DNA of 64,000 nt from Berkelbacteria bacterium GW2011_GWE1_39_12 (GTDB taxonomy: Bacteria; Patescibacteriota; UBA1384; UBA12157): positions 396,613 to 460,612 of the forward strand of contig CP011213.1 in the NCBI GenBank assembly GCA_001029735.1, written 5' to 3'. This document shows positions 16,810-28,677 of the stretch, piece by piece. Position 1 is the first letter of the stretch. Each line of letters begins with the position of its first letter. The notes under the pieces were generated by a model. It saw nothing but the letters and a program-made list of their open reading frames with translations. It made no database searches and had not been told where the DNA came from. The position numbers were made by a program, and so were the translations under genes.

Positions 16810-19320
16810 CTAATACGCCACGTGAACTTGAGCCCAAGATTCCGGCATAGCGAATAGGCCATAGTTTGCCGGCCTGGTTTTGCCGTATAAAGCATTTAAG
16901 ATTGAACTAAACGGTATGACGTCGCGTTCTTTTGAATATGTAATTAACTGCGTAACTCTATAGGTGCTGGTATTGCCTTTGTCGTAGGGAAATTTCAATA
17001 ACTCGGCAATGACTTGATGAACTTTTTTGCGTGCTTCTGGTTGATAAACCGAATAAAATACTCTCGGATCAGTTGAGGTTGATTCATCAGACTCGGCGCT
17101 TACATGTGTGACTGTTGGTTTGCTGTCTTGCCATGTGACTTTGATTGGAATAGCTTTTTTGCCGGCAGGCTGGCCCGGAAGGCCAGTACTGACGAGGCCA
17201 CCTTCACAGCGCAATCTTAACATTTCATTGTCACCGCCGAAGAAACCGCCAAAACCGCCAATATTTCCTAATAATCCATCACTTAAGCCAGCGAAATTAC
17301 TAAACTGGTCTAGGTTTAAATTATCTGTCAAAGCTCCTGTAACTTGATCAAATCCTGTGTTGATGCCGCCTAAATAATCATTAAGGCTATCCAGACCACC
17401 GATCTGAGAGATACTATCAAGATTGGTAAATTGTTCAAGCGCGGAATTAATGGTATCAATTTGCGCGTTTAGCCTATCAATATCACTGTTGATATTATCG
17501 ATGTTGCTTTGCAGGTCGGCAGTTATTTGATCCATCTTAGTTTGCAAATTAGTAATAACCGTTCCCACACCGGTAATTTGGATTAAGGAAGTATTTAATT
17601 TTTTGGTTAAGTCGTCGAGCTGTCGATTATATTCAGCCTTTTGTTCCGGAGTCAAAGAACTATTATTAACAGCTGTTCGAAAAGTCTCAATTTTTGGTTT
17701 CACTGTATCCATGTTTTGGGTATATTGATTGATTCTGTCACTGTCTTGCTGGAGAGTGTTTTGTAAATCACCTACATTATTTGTTGTGTCGTTAACTTCA
17801 TTCCTTTCATTTTGGCTTAAGGAATCAATGTTTATTTGATTCAATTGATTCAATAAATCTTGAGCTGATCCGCTTAGATCTGAAAACAGACCGCTTGTCG
17901 TGAAATCTCTGCCTGTCGGTGCTCCGTCTGCTCCCGAAACGTTATCTGGTAAGCCATCGGAGTAATAAACCACATCGTTCATTGGAGGAGTTCCGTTTGC
18001 ACCACTGCAAATATCTCTGTTTGGTTCTAATGATTTATAAACAAAATCGATTTCAGCGACATCTGAAGCCAATCCATCTTTATGTGCAGAAACATTGTTC
18101 GTTAGTTGAGAATCTCGTGCTGCTCCGGATTCCGGATCATTAGGCATATCTTTATACCCAGAAATGATATGGCTGGTGCCAATGCGAAGATGTCTATCTG
18201 ATAAATACTTTAGCGCTTGGAGTAGGCGGTAGTCTGCATTACCTTCATTAACATAGGTCTTGTCTTCACTATTTAAGTAATCAAATTTATGAAAACCAGC
18301 TGCATTAATTACGCCTGCCATACCGCCGGCAGCGGCAGAATTGATTTCTTTTATTTCCGATACATAAGTGCTTCCTGCAGTTGCCTTGGTTGGGTAGGTT
18401 TTTCCAAAATAACCGTTTTGAGCGCTACAGGCGAGACCAATAAAAATAAGCATTAGAACAATAAAAATAGCTAAACAGATAAGTAAAACTGGCCAGCCGA
18501 AAAAACCTACTACTGCGGCTAACGCCGCTTCTAAAGCTTCAGAGGTAGCAGTCAAAGCTGCTTTTGCCAACACTTTAGCTCCTTGTTGGATGCCTTGTTG
18601 AGCTGCTTTTTCCCCAACTTTTTCAGCTCCTTCTTTTACTAATTCGTCTTTAGCTTTGCTTTTGGCCGCGTCGCTTGCGCCAATATTAACTTTTTTATTT
18701 TGAAAATTTTCATCTAGTGATGGGCTGATATCACTCTTTCCTTCTACGGGACCTGGTTTTTCGCCTTCAGGGGTTTTTTCGCCCTCACCTTTTTCTTCGT
18801 TTTTCTCCGTATCTGGTTTTTCTTTATCTGATTCTTGTTCTTTCTTGTCTTCGGCTTCTTTTTCGTCTTTATCTTTATCTTCCTTTTTTTCCTCTTTTTT
18901 GCCGGTCTGATTTTCTCCTTGAGATTCTTCTTGTCCTTGATCAGTTTGTTCTTCTCCTGGGTAGCTAACCGTTGGTTTGTTGCCAGGTTGGGTTTCTTTT
19001 GTGTCGACCCCGCTACCTGTGCCAGTAGATCCTGTACCACTGCCGGATATTCCGGCGCTAGAAGTTCCTCCCCCGCCAGATTGGTTTTCAGGCTGGGTGT
19101 TTCCGTCACTGAATGATCTTTCAGACTTTTGCTGTGGGATTACAACAGGTTTGATATTTTTAACATCTTGTGCCGGCTGGCCTGCGTTTTCCTTTTTTGA
19201 ATCTTTAACCGGAGTCTTGTATTTATCTGAAGATTTTCCGGCAGAAGATTTGTATTTAGAACTGGTTTCTTGCTCTGTTGTTTTTTTAGTTTCTTTTTCT
19301 TCTGAAAATTTATATTTCAT
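16810..19320 (-). CDS. Large membrane-anchored protein with a putative M15/LAS-type metallopeptidase motif and internal coiled coil
   Basis: Low-complexity N-terminus, TM helix, SAHKDGLASD, coiled coil, C-terminal QVHVAY. Confidence 0.6.
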   Translation of the reverse strand: MKYKFSEEKETKKTTEQETSSKYKSSAGKSSDKYKTPVKDSKKENAGQPAQDVKNIKPVVIPQQKSERSFSDGNTQPENQSGGGGTSSAGISGSGTGSTGTGSGVDTKETQPGNKPTVSYPGEEQTDQGQEESQGENQTGKKEEKKEDKDKDEKEAEDKKEQESDKEKPDTEKNEEKGEGEKTPEGEKPGPVEGKSDISPSLDENFQNKKVNIGASDAAKSKAKDELVKEGAEKVGEKAAQQGIQQGAKVLAKAALTATSEALEAALAAVVGFFGWPVLLICLAIFIVLMLIFIGLACSAQNGYFGKTYPTKATAGSTYVSEIKEINSAAAGGMAGVINAAGFHKFDYLNSEDKTYVNEGNADYRLLQALKYLSDRHLRIGTSHIISGYKDMPNDPESGAARDSQLTNNVSAHKDGLASDVAEIDFVYKSLEPNRDICSGANGTPPMNDVVYYSDGLPDNVSGADGAPTGRDFTTSGLFSDLSGSAQDLLNQLNQINIDSLSQNERNEVNDTTNNVGDLQNTLQQDSDRINQYTQNMDTVKPKIETFRTAVNNSSLTPEQKAEYNRQLDDLTKKLNTSLIQITGVGTVITNLQTKMDQITADLQSNIDNINSDIDRLNAQIDTINSALEQFTNLDSISQIGGLDSLNDYLGGINTGFDQVTGALTDNLNLDQFSNFAGLSDGLLGNIGGFGGFFGGDNEMLRLRCEGGLVSTGLPGQPAGKKAIPIKVTWQDSKPTVTHVSAESDESTSTDPRVFYSVYQPEARKKVHQVIAELLKFPYDKGNTSTYRVTQLITYSKERDVIPFSSILNALYGKTRPANYGLFAMPESWAQVHVAY

Positions 19321-19354
19321 TTTTCCCTTAAAACGTGTCAGCTTTAATTAATCT

Positions 19355-20386
19355 CTACAAAACTTTTTTGTAAAGATTGTTACCCGAAGTAAAATATAGA
19401 GTTTTACTGTCAGATGTAACCATTAGATTTGTAGCTGAAATATCATCGCTGCTTCTTATCTTTAGTTTGGAAGGTTTGTTTGTATCTAAGTTAATGATTT
19501 GAAATAAATCGCTGTTTCCATATGGTCTTGACGCGGTATACACAGAGTTATTTTTTGCTGAATAAACCGCTTTATCAACACTAGAGGCTGGTAGTAGACC
19601 AGTTATTTTTTTAGATTTTGTGTCTAATAGGCTTAGTCCAGGATTTGCTGATTCGGAAGTTGTGCCATCTATCAAAAATTTGTTTGTAAGTATATTTGTT
19701 ATATCGCCTAAATAGTATTGATCGGCTATTTCAATTTGTTTTTTGGTTTCAGTAGACAATAAGTAAATAATTGCCTTAAATGTTTCGGAAGGAATATTGT
19801 AATAAACTAAATTTTTATTATCTGCCCAACCAATTTGAGCGTTTTCATATTCGATATCAGTTATAATTGATTCGCTGTTTCCATCTGGGTTAGACGTAGC
19901 AATCCAGTCTGCATCGTCTAAATTCCAGTCAAGGTAATGATAGGCAATTTTCTTACTATCAGGAGACCAGCTTACGTTCAATATATTATCACTTAGCTTT
20001 TTTACCTCTTGTTTAGTATCTAAATTAATAAGAAATGTATGATGATCCGCTGCATTCGAAGGATTTTCTGTTTTAATCAGTGCCATTGATAAGTCAGGGG
20101 AATAAATAATATTGTTCGTATCTTTAAATGAAAGCTTCACTATTGTTTCAATCGAGTTTTTTTTAAGATCCCATTTTTTTATCGAGTTACTGGTATTACT
20201 GTAATAGTAAATAGATTGATTGTCCTGTAATAATTTGGGAAAAAAAACTTTTTCATTATTAGGATTATTTATAAGTGCCACCTTGTTTACGTTATTGCGC
20301 CAAATAGTTAAAATAATCGCTGCTATAAGCAATGCAATTAAAATAATTCCTATGATGATATAAGATTTATTAATCTTTGTTGGCAT
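19355..20386 (-). CDS. Membrane-anchored TolB-like beta-propeller protein
   Basis: N-terminal TM; YSPD, WSPDSKKIAY, TSDSKTLYF repeats. Confidence 0.75.
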   Translation of the reverse strand: MPTKINKSYIIIGIILIALLIAAIILTIWRNNVNKVALINNPNNEKVFFPKLLQDNQSIYYYSNTSNSIKKWDLKKNSIETIVKLSFKDTNNIIYSPDLSMALIKTENPSNAADHHTFLINLDTKQEVKKLSDNILNVSWSPDSKKIAYHYLDWNLDDADWIATSNPDGNSESIITDIEYENAQIGWADNKNLVYYNIPSETFKAIIYLLSTETKKQIEIADQYYLGDITNILTNKFLIDGTTSESANPGLSLLDTKSKKITGLLPASSVDKAVYSAKNNSVYTASRPYGNSDLFQIINLDTNKPSKLKIRSSDDISATNLMVTSDSKTLYFTSGNNLYKKVL

Positions 20387-20419
20387 AATGACTCCTGTTA
20401 ATATTATAACGGTTGGTGT

Positions 20420-21121
20420 TTATGTTTCTGTAGAGCTAGCACAATCCCGTGTTGGTCGGTATAAACCATAAAATCTACTGCCACGGCCGCCGCCAAAGAC
20501 ATTGTAAGTGCTGACATGAGGACCTCCGCCGGAACCACCTGATTCATAAATTATTTGTTTGGTGCCGCTTTCTCCTCCGAATAATACAATATGGGAAAAA
20601 GGTGTTTTTTTGGCAGGCCCAGAGGCACTTCCCATACCAAACAGTAAAAAATCACCTGGTTGCCATAGTGTTTTGGCTTGTGCTTGTGTTGTAGCTATCC
20701 TTTGGAAACTACTTGAGGAAGCAAAAGAAACAGTATACAAACAAGTGTTCATTGGAAGTAGTCCAGCATCGCGATAAACACGACTTGCATATCCTGTGCA
20801 ATCCATATAAGTGACACCCGCTGCTCCTTTACTATTTGCGGGACCACACCTTCCCCCTTCCTGACTGTATCTAATTCCCTTATTCAAATATGTGCGGGCA
20901 GCAGTGATAACATCGCTGCATCCACCAGCGACAATCGGTGCATCAGTTTCTTCTGACGAACCGCCCGGGCTCGATGAGCCTGATCCGCTGCCAGTTCTAT
21001 CACCTATCATTGCTGCCGCTGTTACCATCATAATAATCAAAATAAACGCCATAGCGACAACCGCTATTAAAATCCAAACAACTCCGCGGTCATAATGAAT
21101 TTTAAGTTTTATTTTATTCAT
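20420..21121 (-). CDS. NlpC/P60 (C40) cell-wall peptidase
   Basis: TM anchor, Y..DCTGY...VY, QPGDFLLF, SHIVL. Confidence 0.82.
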   Translation of the reverse strand: MNKIKLKIHYDRGVVWILIAVVAMAFILIIMMVTAAAMIGDRTGSGSGSSSPGGSSEETDAPIVAGGCSDVITAARTYLNKGIRYSQEGGRCGPANSKGAAGVTYMDCTGYASRVYRDAGLLPMNTCLYTVSFASSSSFQRIATTQAQAKTLWQPGDFLLFGMGSASGPAKKTPFSHIVLFGGESGTKQIIYESGGSGGGPHVSTYNVFGGGRGSRFYGLYRPTRDCASSTET

Positions 21122-21130
21122 ATAAATAAT

Positions 21131-23230
21131 CTAAACACCTGGTGTCTGAAGTTGGCCGGTTTGACCGTTTGCTTCGTCTTCTTCCTTTTCTTCAGTATTC
21201 TTCTTGGTTTGCATTTCCATTAATTGTTTTGGATCAGTTGTAATCATCTGATCCTCCGTATAAGAAGCGATAACCTTGATGGCAACATGATTTAGGCCGG
21301 CAAAAAATAGTCCTTCTCCAACCTCGCACTCAAGCAGTAAAAATTTTTCGCCTTCAGTTAAGCCGAAAACTTGAGCGATTTTTTCAACTGAAGACGGGGA
21401 CTGCTTCATAAGAAGCTGCATGGAAGAGTTATTAATAACTGATCGGCCATACTTTGAATCCAAAAAGTCTTCTACATCTTGTGAAATAATGGTTAAACCA
21501 AGGTAATATTTACGTCCACGTTTGGCTAAGGCATAAAGGAATTTACCGGAATCTTCGTATTGCATCATCCACCAAGCCTCATCAATAACTAGCATTCGTC
21601 GGCGAATGTTGAAACGCACTCTTTGCCAGATATAATTCAAAATCATATACATACCGATTGGGCGAAGAGCGTCTTCAAGATCACGAACTGAAAAGACAAT
21701 AAAACCGTTATCCAAGTCAAAGTTAGTCGGTTGATCAAATAAACCCTTAAAAGTACCTTCGGTATATTTCGAAAGCTTTTTGACCATACTTTCAGTTCCT
21801 GTCATATTTTGTAAAACTTGTTGAAGATCGGAAAGTAGTGGTGGCTGGTTACTGTGTGTAGCAGGATCGACAGTAATGTCTTTTAAGGCATATACTTCAT
21901 ATAAAGCCTTTTCCAAGACTGCGTCTTCTTCCGGTGTAACACCACTCATCATTAAAGACAATAACCCTGAAAGCATTGTGATATTAGAGCGCAGAATGTC
22001 CTCGCCGTTACCTTCAGAAGCGGCGCTTTTACCGGCTTTTGGTAAATCAAACGGATTGATGCGTTTATCGGAGTTCAGGGCAATGTTTAAATAGTTACCG
22101 CCAACTGCCTCACAAAGGTTTTTATACTCATTTTCAGGATCAATTACAATTGCGTCTGAGCCGAGCATTAAATATCTTAAGATCTCGAGCTTAATAGCGT
22201 AAGATTTTCCCGAACCGGATTTTGCAAAAACAACTGAGTTAGCATTTTCCAAATTAAATCTATCAAATAATATTAAAGAGTTATTATGACGATTTAGGCC
22301 ATAAAGAATTCCCTCGTTACTGGAAAGTGTTGTAGAAGTAAACGGAAAAGTCGTGGAAAGAGAAGCGGTATCTAAGTTGCGTAAGATTTTGAGTTCATCG
22401 ATAGCCATCGGTACGGTTGAAGTAAAGGTGTAAATTAGCATTCCGCCCAAAGTCGATTCCAGCTGTTCAGTAATGGTATTTAATTCCTCTTCATTTTTAC
22501 CGTAAATGGTAAAGTATAAGCCAAATTGAAAAATACGCATTTCTCCTCGTTGCAAGGTATTTCTGAGTTCTTCGATATTCTGTATTGCCGTCTCTAGTTC
22601 TGGGTTTCGCACCAAGCCTTTTTCTTGTTCAATGGCAAGTGAAGATTGGAGCTGGCCGGCTTTCTTGCGTAGTTGAGTCATCATTTCTTTGGAACCGATC
22701 GGATGAATAAACATGGAAATATCTAAAGTAATATCATAGTTAATGATCGGTGCTAGCCAGTTAGTCTGAACATAACTTGGGTATGTGAAGACAAAGAGTG
22801 TTCGTGCCAGCATGTTTCCCAGTCGGATATAGTTTGGTTTAACCTCTAGCGCTGCCGGTGCAATAATATCTAATACCGAAGTCATGCCTTGTTGATAAGT
22901 TTGCTGAGGGATTGCCATTTGCATAACTCCTGTCTGTGGAATGGCTACCGGTCTGCCAGCCGCGGCCATTTGATTGGTGGCTGCATAGTTATTATTCACC
23001 GGGATTGGTCTAGGTGGCATTTGATTTGCAACAGGAGGCCTATTGGCCATAGCAGGACTCGCCGTCATTGGTTCAGGTTGAATTACCTGGTTAGACTGCT
23101 GATTGTTTTGTGCCGCCCCGGGCGTTCTTGGCAGCAATTGATCCATCATGTTTTGGGCAGGATTAATTTGAGTTGCTCCGTTTGGCACAGCTTGTTGGTT
23201 AGCCCCTGGTTGTACGTTTGTTTTGTTCAC
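21131..23230 (-). CDS. VirB4/TraC-like ATPase
   Basis: LYGLNRHNNSLILFDRF, AKSGSGKS Walker A, IDPENEY, IDEAW, KRGRKY, ISQD. Confidence 0.92.
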   Translation of the reverse strand: MNKTNVQPGANQQAVPNGATQINPAQNMMDQLLPRTPGAAQNNQQSNQVIQPEPMTASPAMANRPPVANQMPPRPIPVNNNYAATNQMAAAGRPVAIPQTGVMQMAIPQQTYQQGMTSVLDIIAPAALEVKPNYIRLGNMLARTLFVFTYPSYVQTNWLAPIINYDITLDISMFIHPIGSKEMMTQLRKKAGQLQSSLAIEQEKGLVRNPELETAIQNIEELRNTLQRGEMRIFQFGLYFTIYGKNEEELNTITEQLESTLGGMLIYTFTSTVPMAIDELKILRNLDTASLSTTFPFTSTTLSSNEGILYGLNRHNNSLILFDRFNLENANSVVFAKSGSGKSYAIKLEILRYLMLGSDAIVIDPENEYKNLCEAVGGNYLNIALNSDKRINPFDLPKAGKSAASEGNGEDILRSNITMLSGLLSLMMSGVTPEEDAVLEKALYEVYALKDITVDPATHSNQPPLLSDLQQVLQNMTGTESMVKKLSKYTEGTFKGLFDQPTNFDLDNGFIVFSVRDLEDALRPIGMYMILNYIWQRVRFNIRRRMLVIDEAWWMMQYEDSGKFLYALAKRGRKYYLGLTIISQDVEDFLDSKYGRSVINNSSMQLLMKQSPSSVEKIAQVFGLTEGEKFLLLECEVGEGLFFAGLNHVAIKVIASYTEDQMITTDPKQLMEMQTKKNTEEKEEDEANGQTGQLQTPGV

Positions 23231-23937
23231 TATTTTGCCTCTCCTGATTTTGCGGCTTCTTCTGGATTTAAGACTGCACTTTCAACGACTTGTGAAGTAA
23301 GATTATCAATCTGAGTGAGTTTTTCTTTACTTGATTCCTCGGGATTATATATTCCGTAAAGCAATTCAATAATTTGTTGGCTGCCTAATTGAGCACAGCG
23401 GATACCGATTGAACCGAGGCCACTTTCAATCACTTGAATCCTTTGAACCAGTTCTTGTTTGTAAGTTTCAAATTCTTGCATTGTGATTTTGGGGGTTTCA
23501 TTCTTAGCGGCGCTCTGACTCATTTTTGGTGGCGCAGCAAAAGAGATACAGACATAAAATTTCTTATCCATAATATTGGCTATATTAATCAGGCGCCCGA
23601 CAAAATCGATATAATCTAAGGTTTGCACTCTAAGTAATTCATTAGTTTGAACTTGCCCAATTTTCTTTAAAGAAGCAAGATAATTGGAAAGATCAAGTTT
23701 TTTTGATTGCATCATTATTTGAATCGGAAATTCTAAAGAGTTCAAGAAATTTTGATATGCAAAAATAATAGCCGTTTGTTCTTGCTCGGACTTTAAGGCA
23801 AAGTTGATTGAACTTACCATTAAAATCGCCCGAAGTTCTCCGGTTTTGGTGATGATGATTCCGTCATGAATTTCTGCAAATTTCAGAATTTCTTGAGTGC
23901 TACTTACCTGCGGTTGGGGGTTGCCCCATATTCCCAA
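23230..23937 (-). CDS. Conserved VirB4-associated protein
   Basis: STQ..EI.DG, SSINFALKSEQEQ.AI..YQ.FLNSL.FP.QI; between PrgI and VirB4. Confidence 0.8.
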   Translation of the reverse strand: MGIWGNPQPQVSSTQEILKFAEIHDGIIITKTGELRAILMVSSINFALKSEQEQTAIIFAYQNFLNSLEFPIQIMMQSKKLDLSNYLASLKKIGQVQTNELLRVQTLDYIDFVGRLINIANIMDKKFYVCISFAAPPKMSQSAAKNETPKITMQEFETYKQELVQRIQVIESGLGSIGIRCAQLGSQQIIELLYGIYNPEESSKEKLTQIDNLTSQVVESAVLNPEEAAKSGEAK

Positions 23938-24484
23938 CTTGTCCTCCTTGACCCTGGCCCTGTCTCGGCGCCTGGGTTTTTTGTTCTCCCATTCCTTGTT
24001 GAATCAATTTCTCGAAATTATTAGTAATTCTGCCAAAATTTTGCTGCTCTTGCTTGCCCAATGGCCCTGTATCTAAAGTATGCGCTAATTTTTCTAAATC
24101 ACTTTTCTCAATTTTTTTAGGCTGAACATATACTTCGCTTCTGACTTTTTTTGGTGGCTCAATTAAAACTGTTGATCTAAATCCGACTTTTCGCCAGAAT
24201 CTTGTCTTTGGATGAGTGTAGTAGTAAATGCCGGCTTTTATAAAATGCGATAATGGCTGATCTTGGATTTTAACGAAGGCCATGCCAAGACTTACGATGC
24301 TAATCGGTAAGGCTAAAATAACAAAGATTCCAGTACTTTTGGTGCCGATTGATTGAAATAAAATATAGACAATCAAGCCGCCGCCCAACAGGTAAAGAAA
24401 TTGCACTAAAGTGAGCGGTCCGACAATCTTGTCTTCGAGATCGATATTTTGCGGAACTTTAAATTGCAAGACCCCTCCATACAC
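23900..24484 (-). CDS. PrgI-family protein
   Basis: QFKVPQNIDLEDKIVGPLTL.QF plus two TM helices. Confidence 0.85.
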   Translation of the reverse strand: MYGGVLQFKVPQNIDLEDKIVGPLTLVQFLYLLGGGLIVYILFQSIGTKSTGIFVILALPISIVSLGMAFVKIQDQPLSHFIKAGIYYYTHPKTRFWRKVGFRSTVLIEPPKKVRSEVYVQPKKIEKSDLEKLAHTLDTGPLGKQEQQNFGRITNNFEKLIQQGMGEQKTQAPRQGQGQGGQVGNMGQPPTAGK

Positions 24485-24668
24485 TTAAACCAAACGGAAA
24501 ATAAAATTCCGTCACTTTTATAATATCACAATTTCAAAATGTGTGTAGAGGCAAAAAATATGTAACTATATTGACAAATCGGTTTATTTCTTGTATACTG
24601 AACCAAGAGATTTTAGGAACTTCAGAATCCGGATGTTCACTAACGAACATATGAAAAGGAGAGCGTGT

Positions 24669-24983
24669 ATGAGAGAAGTTGTTGCGATTGAAATTGGCGT
24701 TACAGGTTTTGGTAAGATAAGCCTCAGCCGGCCAAGGGTGATCAAAGCTGATTTTCAAGTATTGCTCAATGAATTAGGCGGAGGCCGCCGTTGGAGCCAA
24801 GCTGCGATATTATCTGAAAACACTGATCTTGACGTGGCAATGTGGTACGTCATAGGCGCCAACATGACCGAACTGTCGGATGAGCCTGAAATTCAAAAGG
24901 CGATTGAGGAAGGCAACCCGATTTGTATTGGGTTCCCAGGTGAAGACTTTTACTTTGTCTTCCCGATTAAAGAGGAAGGTTAA
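24669..24983 (+). CDS. Hypothetical protein in stand-alone cassette
   Basis: TTGACA-17-TATACT at 24571-24599, AAGGAG RBS, terminator near 25005-25028. Confidence 0.7.
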   Translation: MREVVAIEIGVTGFGKISLSRPRVIKADFQVLLNELGGGRRWSQAAILSENTDLDVAMWYVIGANMTELSDEPEIQKAIEEGNPICIGFPGEDFYFVFPIKEEG

Positions 24984-25135
24984 GAACCTGCTGACCAGCT
25001 TACAACCGGATTTAGATCCGGTTTTTTAGTAAAAAAAACCGCTCTTATTTATTTTGAAGAGCGGTCAGACTCATTCTTAGCAAGGTCGCATACGTCCGCC
25101 CAGGCTCTGTGACTTGATTGACTTCGACTATCTTG

Positions 25136-25182
25136 TCGGTGATGTTTTTTGCGGGCAATTTTGAGGTGCAAGAGGGCTTTTT
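25136..25182 (-). pseudogene. Relic duplicate of the atpC 3' end
   Basis: Encodes KALLHLKIARKKHHR versus AtpC KALLHLKIANRQRKHR. Confidence 0.8.
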
Positions 25183-25212
25183 TCGGCCCAAGGCCGACCA
25201 GCCTAGGGCTGG
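25183..25212. repeat. 30-nt GC-rich double hairpin, family C
   Basis: TCGGCCCAAGGCCGA+CCAGCCTAGGGCTGG; reverse complement resembles 854-883. Confidence 0.85.
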
Positions 25213-25641
25213 CTAACGATGCTTTCTTTGTCTATTAGCTATCTTTAAGTGTAACAATGCCTTCTCCAGAGCTGCAGAGGCTTCCGCAACTTCTATATCA
25301 TCTTCGGCGTTTTCGAGTTTTTGCTTGGCTTTATTCTTCGCTTCTTCAGCGGCAATTTCGTCAATACGCTCGGAACGAACGGCGCTATCGGACAGCACTT
25401 TAACCACATCGTTATTAATTTCCACAAAACCACCCATTGAAGCCAGGTGAATTTCTTCCGATTCGCCCTTTTCCGCCAGTTGGCGGATTATTATTTCGCC
25501 GGGCGAAAGAATTGTAACCAGCGGTTCATGTCCGGCCAAAATGCCAATTTCCCCATTTAAAGTCGGTAACAAAACTTCGTGAGCTTTGCCCTCATAAATG
25601 GTTTCTTCTGGAGTGATTAATTTAAAGTCAAATAGTTTCAT
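25213..25641 (-). CDS. atpC: ATP synthase F1 epsilon subunit
   Basis: LITPE, GEIGILAGHEPL, GGFVEI; last gene of atp operon. Confidence 0.95.
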   Translation of the reverse strand: MKLFDFKLITPEETIYEGKAHEVLLPTLNGEIGILAGHEPLVTILSPGEIIIRQLAEKGESEEIHLASMGGFVEINNDVVKVLSDSAVRSERIDEIAAEEAKNKAKQKLENAEDDIEVAEASAALEKALLHLKIANRQRKHR

Positions 25642-25651
25642 AATGTAAATT

Positions 25652-25718
25652 GTCATTCCGGACTTGATCCGGAATCTATTCTAGATCCTGAATCCTGCAA
25701 TGGCCGGTTCAGGATGAC
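25652..25718. repeat. REP-like palindromic doublet, family B
   Basis: GTCATTCCGGACTTGATCCGGAATC..GATCCTGAA..TTCAGGATGAC. Confidence 0.85.
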
Positions 25719-25728
25719 ATTGTAAATG

Positions 25729-28006
<2,278 letters not shown>

Positions 28007-28040
28007 TTGTATCTTTCTGTAATTATAACTCTTTTGTCTT

Positions 28041-28209
28041 TCCGGACCGGTTGGTAAACAGGATCCGGAATCTATCATATGGATCCTGAATCATGTTCAG
28101 GACTTCGATTTCTTTTGTATTTGGCATTGATTTTCTTGGTGTCATCCCGAGCTTGCCGAGGGATCTAGATTCGAGATTCCTCCACTCGCTATTGCTCGGT
28201 CGGAATGAC
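28041..28209. repeat. Family B palindromes flanking a relic atpG start (28104-28127)
   Basis: TCCGGACCGG..TCCGGAATC, GATCCTGAA..TTCAGGA, GTCATCCCGAG..GGAATGAC; relic encodes MPNTKEIE. Confidence 0.8.
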
Positions 28210-28281
28210 ATTTACTCTTGACTACTTGGTTGACTTGTGATAACATTTATTCGAATTTGGATATCAAGCAGGAGGAAGAAA

Positions 28282-28539
28282 ATGATAGTTGTTCTGAATA
28301 TTGTGAAGTATCTTTCGTTCTTGATCACAGGGCTTTGTGCAATAGCGGGCGTAATGTTTATTGCAACTGCGCCACTCACTCTTGGTGTGTCAGTTCATAT
28401 AGCTAACATTGCCAAGGCCATTTGCATTATCTTTGTCTCTTCGCTGGCTCTGGCTTTCCTCTCAAGCAATCTGATTGACTGGTTACAGAGAAGATATCGG
28501 ATGAACAACGGCCAGATTCAAATTATGGTTCAACGCTAG
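28282..28539 (+). CDS. Small two-TM membrane protein inserted antisense inside the atp operon
   Basis: AGGAGG RBS, two hydrophobic helices, terminator at about 28548-28580. Confidence 0.65.
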   Translation: MIVVLNIVKYLSFLITGLCAIAGVMFIATAPLTLGVSVHIANIAKAICIIFVSSLALAFLSSNLIDWLQRRYRMNNGQIQIMVQR

Positions 28540-28597
28540 GATTCATTAGCGCTTGAAGTTTCTACTTCCGGCGCTTTTTTAAATTGCCAAAACTTTT

Positions 28598-28675
28598 GTC
28601 ATTCCGGAAAGAAAGGGTTTCTTATCCGGAATCTATTGGATCCCGGATACTGTTTGCTAACCGGTCCGGGATGAC
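28598..28675. repeat. REP-like palindromic doublet, family B
   Basis: GTCATTCCGGA..TCCGGAATC..GATCCCGGA..TCCGGGATGAC. Confidence 0.85.
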
Positions 28676-28677
28676 AG

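Noticed and set aside
25083-25092. AGGTCGCATA matching the tRNA-relic repeat
   Set aside because: A single 10-nt match is compatible with chance in 64 kb.
28007-28211. N-terminal extension of AtpG and 62-aa ORF 28023-28211
   Set aside because: Translations of palindromic repeats; AtpG homology starts at MPNTKEI (28006).
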